A stretch of DNA of 64,000 nt from NCBI GenBank assembly GCA_043804895.1, contig JAZDIN010000025.1:86762-150761 (forward strand), in the 5' to 3' direction. This DNA comes from Candidatus Altiarchaeota archaeon (lineage in GTDB: Archaea; Altiarchaeota; Altiarchaeia; IMC4; SCGC-AAA252-I15). Below, piece after piece: positions 28,121-37,888 of the stretch; positions within the stretch are counted from its first letter, which is position 1, and each line of letters starts with the position of its first letter. The notes under the pieces are model-generated. The model did no database searches, was not told the origin of the DNA, and was given only the letters and a program-made list of their open reading frames with translations. The translations under genes were made by a program, and so were the position numbers.

Positions 28121-28552
28121 ATGGCACTTGTGATAGATGCTGAAAGGCAGGTTCTTGGCAGGATGGCATCAGAGGCCGCGAAGAAGGCGCTCATGGGTGA
28201 GGAGGTGTTCATAGTTAACGCCGACAAGGCCTACGTCTCAGGAAACATGGGGGGCGTGTTTAAACAGAATCTCGAAAAGCTTGAAATCAAAAACAAGGGT
28301 AACTTCAACAAGGGTCCCTACCACCCGAAGCGCCCTGATCATTACGTCCGCAAGGCGATACGGGGGATGCTGCCTTGGAAGAGGACTCGTGGGAGGGATG
28401 CTTACAGGCGGGTCAGGGTCTACATCGGAGTTCCAGAGGAGATGTTCAGAGAAAACAACTTGACGATGCCGAAGAAGGAAGTGCCTAAGAAGAAGTTGAG
28501 GAGGAAGGTCACAGTGGCTGAGATATGCAAGTACATTGGAGGTAGTTGGTGA
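28121..28552 (+). CDS. rpl13: 50S ribosomal protein L13
   Basis: IDA...LGRMAS, GPYHPKRP and IRGMLP. Confidence 0.95.
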   Translation: MALVIDAERQVLGRMASEAAKKALMGEEVFIVNADKAYVSGNMGGVFKQNLEKLEIKNKGNFNKGPYHPKRPDHYVRKAIRGMLPWKRTRGRDAYRRVRVYIGVPEEMFRENNLTMPKKEVPKKKLRRKVTVAEICKYIGGSW

Positions 28553-28959
28553 TGGGCACCGTAGTCACAGGAAAAAGGAAGGAGTCCATTGCAAGGGCTA
28601 ACATCTACGCTGGTAACGGAGTTTTCAGGATAAACTCGATGCTGTTTGAAAACTATATGCCGCGCATGGCAAGGGAGCGAATAAGGCAGGCCATTATTTT
28701 GGCAGACGGCATAGTTGACATGAGTAAAGTTAACATAGATATAATATCCTCAGGCGGCGGCGTCATGGGCCAGTCGGACGCGATAGCCTCCGCGATCGCG
28801 AGGGGATTGGTTGTGTACGCCAAGAGCGACCAGCTACATGACGTCTACGTGAAATATGATCGTACATTGATAGCCGGAGACCACAGGCAGACTGAGGTGC
28901 ACAAACCAAGCCAGTCAAGCAAAGGTCCCAGGCACAAGAGGCAGAAGTCATACAGGTGA
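28552..28959 (+). CDS. rps9: 30S ribosomal protein S9
   Basis: GKRKESIARA, GGG..GQ and QKSYR. Confidence 0.95.
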   Translation: MGTVVTGKRKESIARANIYAGNGVFRINSMLFENYMPRMARERIRQAIILADGIVDMSKVNIDIISSGGGVMGQSDAIASAIARGLVVYAKSDQLHDVYVKYDRTLIAGDHRQTEVHKPSQSSKGPRHKRQKSYR

Positions 28960-28963
28960 TACC

Positions 28964-29161
28964 ATGATTATACCAGTGCGTTGTTTCAGTTGCGGAAAGC
29001 CAGTAGCACAGGACTGGGAGGAGTATGTCGAGCGCACGAAGAAGGGAGAGACTGCAGGTAAGGTATTGGATTCCCTCGGGCATTCCCGCTACTGCTGCAG
29101 GCGCATGTTCATCACTCATAGCGACGTAATCGACGAAGTGATGAAGCACAAGAGGTTTTAA
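28964..29161 (+). CDS. rpo10: RNA polymerase subunit N (Rpo10)
   Basis: [12 protein letters not shown]...RYCCRRM. Confidence 0.97.
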   Translation: MIIPVRCFSCGKPVAQDWEEYVERTKKGETAGKVLDSLGHSRYCCRRMFITHSDVIDEVMKHKRF

Positions 29162-29162
29162 G

Positions 29163-29330
29163 GTGGACTACGAGAGATTCGAGAAGGCAAGGATAATCGG
29201 CGCGAGAGCGCTTCAGATCAAGATGGGCGCGCCGGTGCTTGTCACCGTCAAAGGCGACCTATCGGCCTTGGAGATATCCAAGCTAGAGTTCGAAAAGGAC
29301 GTCATACCGATAACAGTGAAGAGAAAATGA
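29163..29330 (+). CDS. rpo6: RNA polymerase subunit K (Rpo6); not in the ORF track
   Basis: Manual translation from GTG 29163 gives [27 protein letters not shown]...IPITVKRK* (55 aa). Confidence 0.93.
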   Translation: MDYERFEKARIIGARALQIKMGAPVLVTVKGDLSALEISKLEFEKDVIPITVKRK

Positions 29331-30016
29331 CAGAGCAAGAGGAGAATCAGGAAGCAGGAGAGAGGCTTTTGGTCTCATTGGACGATTACCTGTCCAACGG
29401 AGTCCATGTAGGCCTCAAATATAAGTCAGCTGACATGCGACCGTTCATCTACAAGATACGCCCAGACAAGCTTTGCGTTTTTGACGTCCAGAAGATTGAT
29501 GAACGCCTCAGGCTTGCGGCGAAGTTCATCTCATCATACAAGCCAGAGGAGGTCTTGGTAGTCTCAAACCGCGTTTACGGGAGGGCGCCCATTAGGCACT
29601 TCTCTAATGCTCTTGGTTTCAAGTACGTCGATGACAGGTTCGTGTCAGGGACGCTGACTAATCCGAGTATCGAAACCTATGCTGAGCCGAAACTTCTGGT
29701 TGTAACAGACCCTACTGCGGACCAGCAGGCGGTGAAGGAGGCTAAGGACGCCGGGTTGACTGTCGTTGCGATATGCGACACCAACACAAGGGCTAAGGAT
29801 ATCGACTTCATCATTCCCAGCAACAACAAGGGCAAGAACGCCCTTGCGTTTGTGTATTGGATCCTGACTCGGGAGATACTGCGCCTTAGGGGTATTGACA
29901 CATTCGACGCTCCACTTGAAAACTACATTAGCAAGGCAGAACCCCAACCCTACCTGATTCTACTGCAGGAGAGGGCGAAGCTTAAGAGGCAGAAGAAACG
30001 CAAGAGGAGAACGTAG
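29327..30016 (+). CDS. rps2: 30S ribosomal protein S2
   Basis: YL..GVHVG, RF..GTLTNP, DP..D.QA..EA and IPSNNKG. Confidence 0.96.
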   Translation: MTEQEENQEAGERLLVSLDDYLSNGVHVGLKYKSADMRPFIYKIRPDKLCVFDVQKIDERLRLAAKFISSYKPEEVLVVSNRVYGRAPIRHFSNALGFKYVDDRFVSGTLTNPSIETYAEPKLLVVTDPTADQQAVKEAKDAGLTVVAICDTNTRAKDIDFIIPSNNKGKNALAFVYWILTREILRLRGIDTFDAPLENYISKAEPQPYLILLQERAKLKRQKKRKRRT

Positions 30017-30033
30017 TCGTAAGCTAACCAACG

Positions 30034-30774
30034 TCAAACGATTTCCCTGAGCTTATCCATTGTTATCGGTTTAACGTGGTGTATGTTCTCCCCGCTCGAG
30101 GTAACGTTGAACATCTGTGTTTTGCTGTGGGATGCCAATTCCTCTATTATCTTCTTACCCACCCTAAGGTTCCTCGGCTTCTTCACAGGGTCATAGTTAC
30201 CAGAATACACTCCTATGACGCTCCCGAAATCCATGCCAGCCAACACTATAAGGGAGGGTCTGAAGTGTTCAACGATGTATACTGCCCTATCCCCGTCCGT
30301 GAACCCTCCGAAGTTGTGCACCTTCTCAGTCGGCACCGATTGAGTGGTGCCATAGACGACTCCCTTAAGAAGCGGCATGACTCTGACGATGACCCTCATG
30401 TTCCCCGAATGTGCGTGCACCATCGTTATACACCCATAATGGTTCGCCTTAAGTATCGACGGCAGGTCCCCGTCCAAGTCAGTGACATTGACATGTGGGA
30501 TTATGTTATACTGTAAGAGGGCCTTCGCCGCCCCATCAACTGCCACGCACACGCACCTCAGGTGTATGCCGGCCTCCCATATCTTGTTAAGGTCGTTTTC
30601 AAGGCTAGGGCCGCATCCGAATATTATCACGGGTCTGCCGTTGATCAACGTCTCAAGCTTCTTGGGGTCCTCTCTCTTTATCATCTTGTCGAGAATCAGC
30701 GTGGCTTTGCTGTCCTCTGCCATGTTAAGGTCTAGGGATCTTACGACTTCAAGGTACTTATGGCTCCACGGCAT
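30034..30774 (-). CDS. mptE: 6-hydroxymethylpterin diphosphokinase MptE-like (DUF115)
   Basis: G.GPSL, DGA, VTDLDG, VHAH..N, NFGGFTDGDRA and GMDF. Confidence 0.85.
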   Translation of the reverse strand: MPWSHKYLEVVRSLDLNMAEDSKATLILDKMIKREDPKKLETLINGRPVIIFGCGPSLENDLNKIWEAGIHLRCVCVAVDGAAKALLQYNIIPHVNVTDLDGDLPSILKANHYGCITMVHAHSGNMRVIVRVMPLLKGVVYGTTQSVPTEKVHNFGGFTDGDRAVYIVEHFRPSLIVLAGMDFGSVIGVYSGNYDPVKKPRNLRVGKKIIEELASHSKTQMFNVTSSGENIHHVKPITMDKLREIV

Positions 30775-30901
30775 CCTACCACCCTATCGAGGATTCGGCA
30801 TAGTATTGTGCCATCGCATCCTCTGACGAATCCGAGTTGATGCCTCGCCTTTGGGGTGAGGTCATTCATTTAATGCATCTGAAGTCGTAGATAAATACAC
30901 C

Positions 30902-31588
30902 GTGACAGTATCTGACCAGCGTTTCATGGTTGATGATGGCTTATTAGATGAGATTGTGGGCTACGGAGAGCTCAGGAGCGGCGATGTTGTTCTGGAGGTG
31001 GGGGCTGGTGAGGGGGAGTTGACAGAAAAGATTGCAGTGCAGGCTAAGGTGACTGCTGTGGAGAATGACCACAGATTGTACCGTGTCCTTGAGAGGAGAT
31101 TCAAGGGGGATAGCAGGGTCTTCCTACTCCATGGTGACGCCTTGCGAGTCGAATATCCACCCCATAACAAGATAATCTCTAACATACCTTACAGCATAAG
31201 CAGGAAGCTTGTGGAGCGATTCATCCTCAATGGCTTCGATACTGCAGTCCTTGTAGTCCAGTCAGAGTTCGCAAAGAAACTTGGCGCGAAGCCTCTATAT
31301 GGAAACTACAGGATGGTCTCGGTCCTTGCCCAAAGCACATGCGACGTTGAAGTACTCCGGGGGATACCAGCCGACTCATTCCATCCGAAACCTAATGTAT
31401 CAAGCTCAGTTGTCAGGTTAAAGCAAGTCTGGAGGCCGCCCGAGGGATATCTAACGTTCTTGAACCGTCTTTTCAGCCTCAAAAACAAGAAAATACGCAA
31501 TATAATGGAGGTTCCGGGGGCATACCTGCAAAAGCGTCCATGTGAGATGACTCCTCAGGAGATATTGGGCCTATACAGATGTTTTTAA
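30902..31588 (+). CDS. rsmA: 16S rRNA dimethyladenosine transferase (RsmA/KsgA)
   Basis: DQRF.VD, VLEVGAG.G.LT, SNIPYSIS and F.PKP.V.S. Confidence 0.92.
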   Translation: MTVSDQRFMVDDGLLDEIVGYGELRSGDVVLEVGAGEGELTEKIAVQAKVTAVENDHRLYRVLERRFKGDSRVFLLHGDALRVEYPPHNKIISNIPYSISRKLVERFILNGFDTAVLVVQSEFAKKLGAKPLYGNYRMVSVLAQSTCDVEVLRGIPADSFHPKPNVSSSVVRLKQVWRPPEGYLTFLNRLFSLKNKKIRNIMEVPGAYLQKRPCEMTPQEILGLYRCF

Positions 31589-31615
31589 TGCGTTTTCATT
31601 ATACTTATTCTACAG

Positions 31616-32509
31616 GTGATTCGGATGGTGAAGAGGATAAGAGGGACTAAACTCCTAAAAGAAGGATTCGCAAAGATGGTTAAGCGCGGCGTCGTCATGG
31701 ACGTCACAAACGCGCAGCAGGCAGCTATTGCAGAGGATGCAGGCGCCTGCGCAGTGATGGCGTTGGAGCGTGTCCCAGCCGACATACGAGCGGCAGGCGG
31801 CGTAGCCAGGATGGCAGACCCAGTCAAGATTCTTGAGATAATGGATGTTGTCACCATCCCTGTGATGGCTAAATGCCGCATAGGGCATTTCGTGGAGGCT
31901 CAAGTCCTGCAGGATTTGGGGGTTGACATGATAGACGAGAGCGAGGTGTTGACTCCTGCTGACGAACACAACCACGTTGACAAGAAGAAGTTCACAGTAC
32001 CTTTCGTCTGCGGATGCAGGAACCTCGGAGAGGCCTTAAGGAGGGTGAGTGAAGGCGCAGCGATGATACGGACTAAGGGTGAGGCGGGCACAGGAAACAT
32101 CGTTGAGGCTGTTAGGCACATGCGTGCTGTAATCAGCGAGATAAATAAGATAAAATCCATGAGCGAGGACGAACTTTACGCGGAGGCTAAGGAGCTGATT
32201 GCGCCCGTCGAGCTTGTGAGGGAAGTCAAGAGGCAGGGGAGGATGCCAGTCGTCAACTTCAGCGCGGGTGGAATCGCAACACCGGCGGACGCGGCGTTGA
32301 TGATGCAGCTTGGCGCAGACGGTAACTTCGTAGGGTCAGGGATATTCAAAAGCCAGAAGCCTGAGCTCATGGCCAAGGCGATAGTGGAGGCTACTTTACA
32401 CTTCGACAAACCTGACGTGATAGTGGAGGTCAGTAAAGGTCTTGGAAGCGCCATGCCGGGCTTTGAGATTTCCAGCCTGAAGGAGCGCCTGCAGGAAAGG
32501 GGTGTCTGA
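31616..32509 (+). CDS. pdxS: Pyridoxal 5'-phosphate synthase lyase subunit
   Basis: [27 protein letters not shown] and [10 protein letters not shown]. Confidence 0.97.
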   Translation: MIRMVKRIRGTKLLKEGFAKMVKRGVVMDVTNAQQAAIAEDAGACAVMALERVPADIRAAGGVARMADPVKILEIMDVVTIPVMAKCRIGHFVEAQVLQDLGVDMIDESEVLTPADEHNHVDKKKFTVPFVCGCRNLGEALRRVSEGAAMIRTKGEAGTGNIVEAVRHMRAVISEINKIKSMSEDELYAEAKELIAPVELVREVKRQGRMPVVNFSAGGIATPADAALMMQLGADGNFVGSGIFKSQKPELMAKAIVEATLHFDKPDVIVEVSKGLGSAMPGFEISSLKERLQERGV

Positions 32510-33309
32510 TGCTAGTCAGGGACGCAATGTCCAAGGACCCATTAATCGTGCGACCAGACGATAACGCCCTTAATGTGGGCAATATCATGGATGCTAAAAG
32601 CATCGGAGTAGCCGTGGTAATCGAAGATGGCGAGTTCAGGGGAATACTGAGTAAAGAGACATTTGTAACAAACCTGGGCAAACTCTGTGACAGGCCTATA
32701 GAGTCGTTTGTCGTCTCAGATCTCATGGAGTCTGACATATACTCTGTGAACGAAGACGATGACCTGATGGAGGCGATTAACCTCCTCCTAGTGCAGAAGA
32801 GTATAGTGGACATCCTGCCAGTCCTTTCGGAAGGCAGGGTCACCGGACTCCTATCGAAGACTAACATGACAAAGGTCTTCTTGGATAAAATGGTTGGGAG
32901 GTACAAGGTGGCTGACCTCATGCACTACGATCCTGTGACCGTCTTCGATTACACGCCGTTGACTGAAGTCATCGACGAGATGAAGAACATGGCAGTCAAG
33001 AGGGTGCTGGTACTCTCAGGCGACAATCTCGTGGGTATAATATCCATCCGCGACCTTAGCCTTGCTCTCTTCAGACAGAAGAAGCTGTGCAACACGGTCG
33101 ACCCAACCTCTTCGCTTACCGTAGCCGACATAATGACGCGCAAACTCACGACGATAAGTCGAAAAGCCGATGCCGCGGAGGCTGCGAAGGTTATGGTGGA
33201 AAGGAACATAGGTGGCGTGCCTGTCATCGACGGCAGGCTTGACGGCATAATAACCCGATCAGACCTCCTCAAAGGCTATCAGATAGCGTTCTCCCAGGAA
33301 AAGCGCTAG
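32509..33309 (+). CDS. Protein with four CBS domains
   Basis: Repeated V.D.M...P / G..LS / GIIT..D CBS patterns. Confidence 0.88.
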   Translation: MLVRDAMSKDPLIVRPDDNALNVGNIMDAKSIGVAVVIEDGEFRGILSKETFVTNLGKLCDRPIESFVVSDLMESDIYSVNEDDDLMEAINLLLVQKSIVDILPVLSEGRVTGLLSKTNMTKVFLDKMVGRYKVADLMHYDPVTVFDYTPLTEVIDEMKNMAVKRVLVLSGDNLVGIISIRDLSLALFRQKKLCNTVDPTSSLTVADIMTRKLTTISRKADAAEAAKVMVERNIGGVPVIDGRLDGIITRSDLLKGYQIAFSQEKR

Positions 33310-33344
33310 TAGATTAATAAAGCTGTCCAGCATTATATCCTCTC

Positions 33345-33929
33345 ATGGACGTCGGGGTGTTGGACGTGCAGGGGGACGTCACAGAACACGTGGCTGCCCT
33401 CATGAAGGCCTCTGATTCCTTAGGACTTAAAATCCACGTTCACAGGGTTAAGACTCCCCAAGACATAAAGGCTATGTCAGCTCTCGTGCTTCCGGGGGGT
33501 GAGAGCACTACAGTCGGTAGGTTGATGGAAAGATACGGGATGGATTCAGCCCTCAGGGACGTCGCCTCGGAGGTTCCGATACTCGGCACATGCGCTGGCA
33601 TGGTGATGTTCTCATCAGAAGGCGGCAACATGAAGGAAGGCCAGAAGCTTCTTGGCTTATTTGATGCGAGGGTGGAAAGGAACGCATATGGTCGCCAGCG
33701 GGAAAGTTTCGAGGCCGAATTGGATATCCCTGTTCTGGGGAAAAAGTCTTTTCCTGGCATTTTCATACGGGCGCCGGCGCTGGAGAGGGTGTGGGGCCGG
33801 TGCAGGGTCCTGTGCAGGCATGATGGGAAGATTGTCCTGGTGCAACAGGATAACATACTAGCTTGCGCATTCCACCCCGAACTCACAGAAGACATGAGGT
33901 TGCATGAGTATTTCTTGGAGATGATATGA
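33345..33929 (+). CDS. pdxT: PLP synthase glutaminase subunit
   Basis: PGGEST, GTCAG, RNAYGRQ..SFE and FHPE. Confidence 0.96.
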   Translation: MDVGVLDVQGDVTEHVAALMKASDSLGLKIHVHRVKTPQDIKAMSALVLPGGESTTVGRLMERYGMDSALRDVASEVPILGTCAGMVMFSSEGGNMKEGQKLLGLFDARVERNAYGRQRESFEAELDIPVLGKKSFPGIFIRAPALERVWGRCRVLCRHDGKIVLVQQDNILACAFHPELTEDMRLHEYFLEMI

Positions 33930-33930
33930 C

Positions 33931-34305
33931 ATGCCACTCGTAGACTTCGACACAGTCTCGGACGAGATTGAGGATGCTGGGAGCATCAGGGTCATGCAGG
34001 CTCTCATACGCTCAAGCCTCTACCATGGCGCGGACAACAGGCCAGCAATGCTGATACTCTCAGACAAGACACTATTTTACGGTGGAGGCGAAGCGGACGG
34101 CGGCAGATTCCGTCGAGTGCCTGTGCAAAGCATTACACGTCTGGCGAAGGTTGGTCTTCTCATCTGGGAGTGTGTTGAACTGAAGCACATGGAAATCGAA
34201 GGGGAACGGAAAATGTACATCTGCCCGTTCACAGGCCAGCCTGGCAGGCCTAGGAAGGATTACGAGTCGATGGAGCAACTGTTAAAACTAAAAGAAAATG
34301 GATGA
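33931..34305 (+). CDS. Hypothetical protein, possibly PH-like fold
   Basis: Tightly packed ORF within the operon; the LILSDK.L...VP..SI..L pattern recalls prokaryotic PH domains. Confidence 0.6.
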   Translation: MPLVDFDTVSDEIEDAGSIRVMQALIRSSLYHGADNRPAMLILSDKTLFYGGGEADGGRFRRVPVQSITRLAKVGLLIWECVELKHMEIEGERKMYICPFTGQPGRPRKDYESMEQLLKLKENG

Positions 34306-34762
34306 GAGAATATTCAGGACTAAGTTCGGGTGGATGGTAGTGGCTGCTACTGAAAAAGGGATATGTCGTGTCGCGCTTCCTGTAAAGGGAAAGATTAAAG
34401 CCACGAAAGGGGTTAGGATCAAGTTCCCCTCTCAGCTTAGGTCAGACATGATAAAGTACTTCAGGGGCGGGCGGGTGGATTTTAAAAGATACCCGGCAGA
34501 CTTGACAAGATGCACAAGGTTCCAGAAGCTCGTACTGTCCTGTGTGAGGAAGATACCCTACGGGACTACGATGACATACTCTGAGGTAGCTAGGAAAATA
34601 GGAAAACCGAAGGCAGCACGCGCGGTCGGCGGGGCATTGAATGCGAATCCGCTGCCGCTATTAATCCCTTGCCACAGGGTCACGGCAGCCAAAGGACTCG
34701 GCGGCTTCGCATGCGGGGCTGGAATGAAAAAAAGGATGCTTGAAATGGAGGGTGTCATATGA
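34298..34762 (+). CDS. ogt: Methylated-DNA--protein-cysteine methyltransferase
   Basis: IPYG...TY, ARAVG.A...NP and active site PCHRV. Confidence 0.95.
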   Translation: MDERIFRTKFGWMVVAATEKGICRVALPVKGKIKATKGVRIKFPSQLRSDMIKYFRGGRVDFKRYPADLTRCTRFQKLVLSCVRKIPYGTTMTYSEVARKIGKPKAARAVGGALNANPLPLLIPCHRVTAAKGLGGFACGAGMKKRMLEMEGVI

Positions 34763-35520
34763 AGGTAGGCGCTATGAACAACCCGCACAAGAACCTCCTT
34801 GAGGAGGCTAAGATGCTAAAAAAATACGGGCTCGAGTACATGGAACTCACCATAGAAGCTCCAGAGGCTACACCAGAGAAGGTAGCTGAGAAAAGGGAGC
34901 AACTTCTGGATGTCGGCCTACCCCTCACGGGCCACATGCCATGGTTCTTCCAGATAACCTCCCCCTACAAGAGCATCAGAAACGCTATGGTGTGCGAGGC
35001 TGTGAGGGTCATAGAGGCAGCAGCAGCCCTTAACATGCCTTATGTGACAGTGCACCCCGATTTTCTGAAACTCCACAGGAAGATGGAAGAGATAGTGCCT
35101 ATTACAGTACAATCCCTCATCGAAATCATGGATTCAGCATCTGAACATGGCATACAATTGTGTTTCGAGAACTTTGAGAGGAAACACATGCCAGAGGACG
35201 AGCTTGCGAAGATATTCGACGCACTCCCAAAACTCGGCTTCACGCTGGATGTCGGCCACGCCTTCATGGGCGAGGCAGGCACAGACTATGTGGCCAAGCT
35301 CATAACAAGATTCTCCACCCGCCTGAGGAACGTCCACATACACGACAACTTCGGAGTCAACGACGACCACCTGCCACTTGGGGCCGGGAAGCTCGACTAC
35401 AAGGCGGCAGTGAAGGAGTTGAAGAAGGCAGGCTACGATGGGAACCTCACACTGGAGATACACTCCCACGACAGAGACTACATACAGGTGAGTAAGGAGA
35501 AACTGATGAAGCTAATCTAA
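34759..35520 (+). CDS. Sugar phosphate isomerase/epimerase (xylose isomerase-like TIM barrel)
   Basis: FEN, LDVGHA, HIHDN.G..D.HLP.G.G and LEI. Confidence 0.85.
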   Translation: MKVGAMNNPHKNLLEEAKMLKKYGLEYMELTIEAPEATPEKVAEKREQLLDVGLPLTGHMPWFFQITSPYKSIRNAMVCEAVRVIEAAAALNMPYVTVHPDFLKLHRKMEEIVPITVQSLIEIMDSASEHGIQLCFENFERKHMPEDELAKIFDALPKLGFTLDVGHAFMGEAGTDYVAKLITRFSTRLRNVHIHDNFGVNDDHLPLGAGKLDYKAAVKELKKAGYDGNLTLEIHSHDRDYIQVSKEKLMKLI

Positions 35521-35849
35521 TATCTAGCTTTCCTGATGACATTAACAGCGTGGGCAACACAGCATGCCAGCAGATAAGCGGTGACTATTAAGTACGGCGT
35601 CTTCCAAAGGTAGTCTGTAACTGTTTCAAAAGGATCGTTTCCCCCGACAAAAGGCGCAACCACAAGGAAGGTTCCGCCAAAGGGCGCCCACATATTCGTG
35701 TAACCCAATATGCACGATTCCTGGCCGCTGCACTCGGCCGGCCCACCGAACACCGGGATGTTCGTTACCGGCACAGGCAAAAGGAAAAACAGGATGGCTG
35801 CTAGTAATATCCTTGTTTTTGTCGGCCTGATGAGTCCCCTTAAGTTCAT
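35517..35849 (-). CDS. Hypothetical membrane protein
   Basis: Two to three hydrophobic segments and a YLLAC C-terminal helix. Confidence 0.6.
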   Translation of the reverse strand: MNLRGLIRPTKTRILLAAILFFLLPVPVTNIPVFGGPAECSGQESCILGYTNMWAPFGGTFLVVAPFVGGNDPFETVTDYLWKTPYLIVTAYLLACCVAHAVNVIRKARY

Positions 35850-35934
35850 GTTTCACTAGTTAGGCACAAAGTGGCGGAGTTAGGGTGTTACGGTCACCCA
35901 AATACTTCCTAATGAACGAGGTGTGAATGCTCAG

Positions 35935-36789
35935 CTACTGTGTTTTATCTCTCGCTTTATCAGCTAGTTCGTTGTTTGGGTCTAAATTTAGCGCAAGGCG
36001 AAGCAAGGCCCTACCATCTTTCATATCCGGGATAGTATGAGAAGTTTTCTCAAACATTAGGAGACCTAAGTGGTAAAGGGTTGGAGCAATTGCGATGTTA
36101 TTGCCTTTACCCTGCTTTTCGTATAACGCTTTCGCAGCCTTAAGCGATTCTATAGCGTCTGATTCTGTCTGCATCATTCTTTCATCACCTTTAGGCAAAT
36201 TACTTAACAACTCTTTAAAGAAAACCCCCCTCTGATGGAAGATAGCTGGGTTCCCTGGGTCAATTTTAACCGCTTCTTCAAAATCCTTAGCCGCAAGATT
36301 AAAAAAGCCTTCACGCTCATTTCCCTCCGACATTTGCGCTAATCTCATTCGCGCATTACCCACACCACTCTTTGACAAAGCCAAAAGTGGATTATTCCCT
36401 TGAAGTCTCTCATATGAATCTTCCCCCCACTTTATTGCCTCCTTATACTCCCCTCTAGCCCCCTCCAACACGCCACCCGCACGTTTATCCTTTTTACCCT
36501 CAAACAATAATCCCATCCTCCTATTAGCCTCGCCAAGCCTGAAGTGTGCGTTGCTAGCCTTAAGGGTGTTGAGTCCACGGTCTCCTTCGAATTCAGGCGA
36601 GTCTGGACTCACAGCCCTTTGGAAAGTATCTGCCGCCCCCTTTAGCCTTTCAATAGTCTCATTTATTGTCGCAATCTTGGATGAGTAATCATCAGGCAGT
36701 TTCATAGGTTGAAGCTGTTGTGTTGCTTCTCTTAGAACATCAGGCGTTATTGGTATTTGAGCGTCCGGAGGATTTTGATTCAACACCAT
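35935..36789 (-). CDS. TPR-like helical repeat protein
   Basis: AHFRLGEA, A.KDFEEAVKIDP.N, LYHLG and ALNLDPNN. Confidence 0.7.
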   Translation of the reverse strand: MVLNQNPPDAQIPITPDVLREATQQLQPMKLPDDYSSKIATINETIERLKGAADTFQRAVSPDSPEFEGDRGLNTLKASNAHFRLGEANRRMGLLFEGKKDKRAGGVLEGARGEYKEAIKWGEDSYERLQGNNPLLALSKSGVGNARMRLAQMSEGNEREGFFNLAAKDFEEAVKIDPGNPAIFHQRGVFFKELLSNLPKGDERMMQTESDAIESLKAAKALYEKQGKGNNIAIAPTLYHLGLLMFEKTSHTIPDMKDGRALLRLALNLDPNNELADKARDKTQ

Positions 36790-36855
36790 AGTATATCATT
36801 GGAGGATACTTCTTTATAAGTTCCCTAGAGCGGGAATATGAAATCCACGATTAAC

Positions 36856-37377
36856 TTAATCGTTCTCGCATACTCCGTACTCTGGGAATGTTTTGAAGAA
36901 GACTGATGATGTCAGCCCGGCTGCGGTGGAGAGTATGAATGATAGGACGAGCCTGAACGCCAGGAAGGCAGGGGAGAAGAAAGAAAACTCGAGAGAGGCT
37001 CGCAGCGGCCCAATCATTGTCTGGCCGAAGAGGAATGCAGTTATGGAATCGCTTGATGCGCCTTTCTTTTTGAGGGTGCATACAAGTGGGTACATGCTCT
37101 GTATTGGGCCTGGAGTCAATATGCCAACAGCAGCTGCGAAGGGTATGTTTCCGCCCCCTGACCCCATTCGCCTGACGACCAGGTCATCCCTAATCCAACT
37201 CACCAATAGGCCTGCTAGGAAGACGGTGACGATGAATATTGGTGCGATACCGATGAAGGAATCGACTGAGGATTCTAGCCCTTCGGAGGATCTCACAGGG
37301 TCTGTGGCGTGTAGGAAGAGGCCTAACACTACGAGAGCACCGAGCGCGGCAATTTCCAACTTAGAGCTTTTTTCCAT
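36856..37377 (-). CDS. Predicted permease, half-size ArsP/DUF318-like
   Basis: Hydrophobic; GILTPGP...YP....L.KKGA....AFL. Confidence 0.7.
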   Translation of the reverse strand: MEKSSKLEIAALGALVVLGLFLHATDPVRSSEGLESSVDSFIGIAPIFIVTVFLAGLLVSWIRDDLVVRRMGSGGGNIPFAAAVGILTPGPIQSMYPLVCTLKKKGASSDSITAFLFGQTMIGPLRASLEFSFFSPAFLAFRLVLSFILSTAAGLTSSVFFKTFPEYGVCEND

Positions 37378-37378
37378 C

Positions 37379-37882
37379 TTATTTGAACATTATTGAATCC
37401 GGTACCATCATGTAGGTGACGTATCCTGCGACGACGGACATGAGGAATGAGAGGAACACCCTAAAAATGAAATACCTCCACCCGAGCATCTTAGGCTCTA
37501 AAAGAACGCAGGACGGGTCAACAAGGCTGTAGGCTGTTAGGAATGTGACAACGACCCCAACATTAACCCCCATCATCGCAAGGCCGGCCGCGAATGGGTA
37601 TATTGTATAACGCTGCCCTGGGAACAGCATTCCTACGATGCACACCGCAGGTATCGTCAGAATCATGTTCCCCCCCCCGGTGAGGTGATGCAACAAGCTG
37701 GATGGCATGAAGGCGAGGAACACCCCCGCTAACCAGACTCCGACCACAAGGTGGGGTGCGGTGTCCCAGAGCATGCGCAGCGAACGCCCGACGGACTCAA
37801 GAGTCCTACCTCGGTTCTTCAGGTAAGACAGAAGGTAGCCTCCAACCATAACAACTGTGAAGGTCGCAAGTATGGTGTTCAA
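37379..37882 (-). CDS. Predicted permease, half-size ArsP/DUF318-like
   Basis: Paralogous to the adjacent ORF: G..FPG..Y..YP.A..L...G. Confidence 0.7.
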   Translation of the reverse strand: MNTILATFTVVMVGGYLLSYLKNRGRTLESVGRSLRMLWDTAPHLVVGVWLAGVFLAFMPSSLLHHLTGGGNMILTIPAVCIVGMLFPGQRYTIYPFAAGLAMMGVNVGVVVTFLTAYSLVDPSCVLLEPKMLGWRYFIFRVFLSFLMSVVAGYVTYMMVPDSIMFK

Positions 37883-37888
37883 CGGAAA

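Noticed and set aside
30775-30870. Short ORF ending in TAG just before mptE, as possible pyrrolysine readthrough
   Set aside because: It is out of frame with mptE by 1 nt, and an SD-like GGGTGG supports the ATG at 30774.
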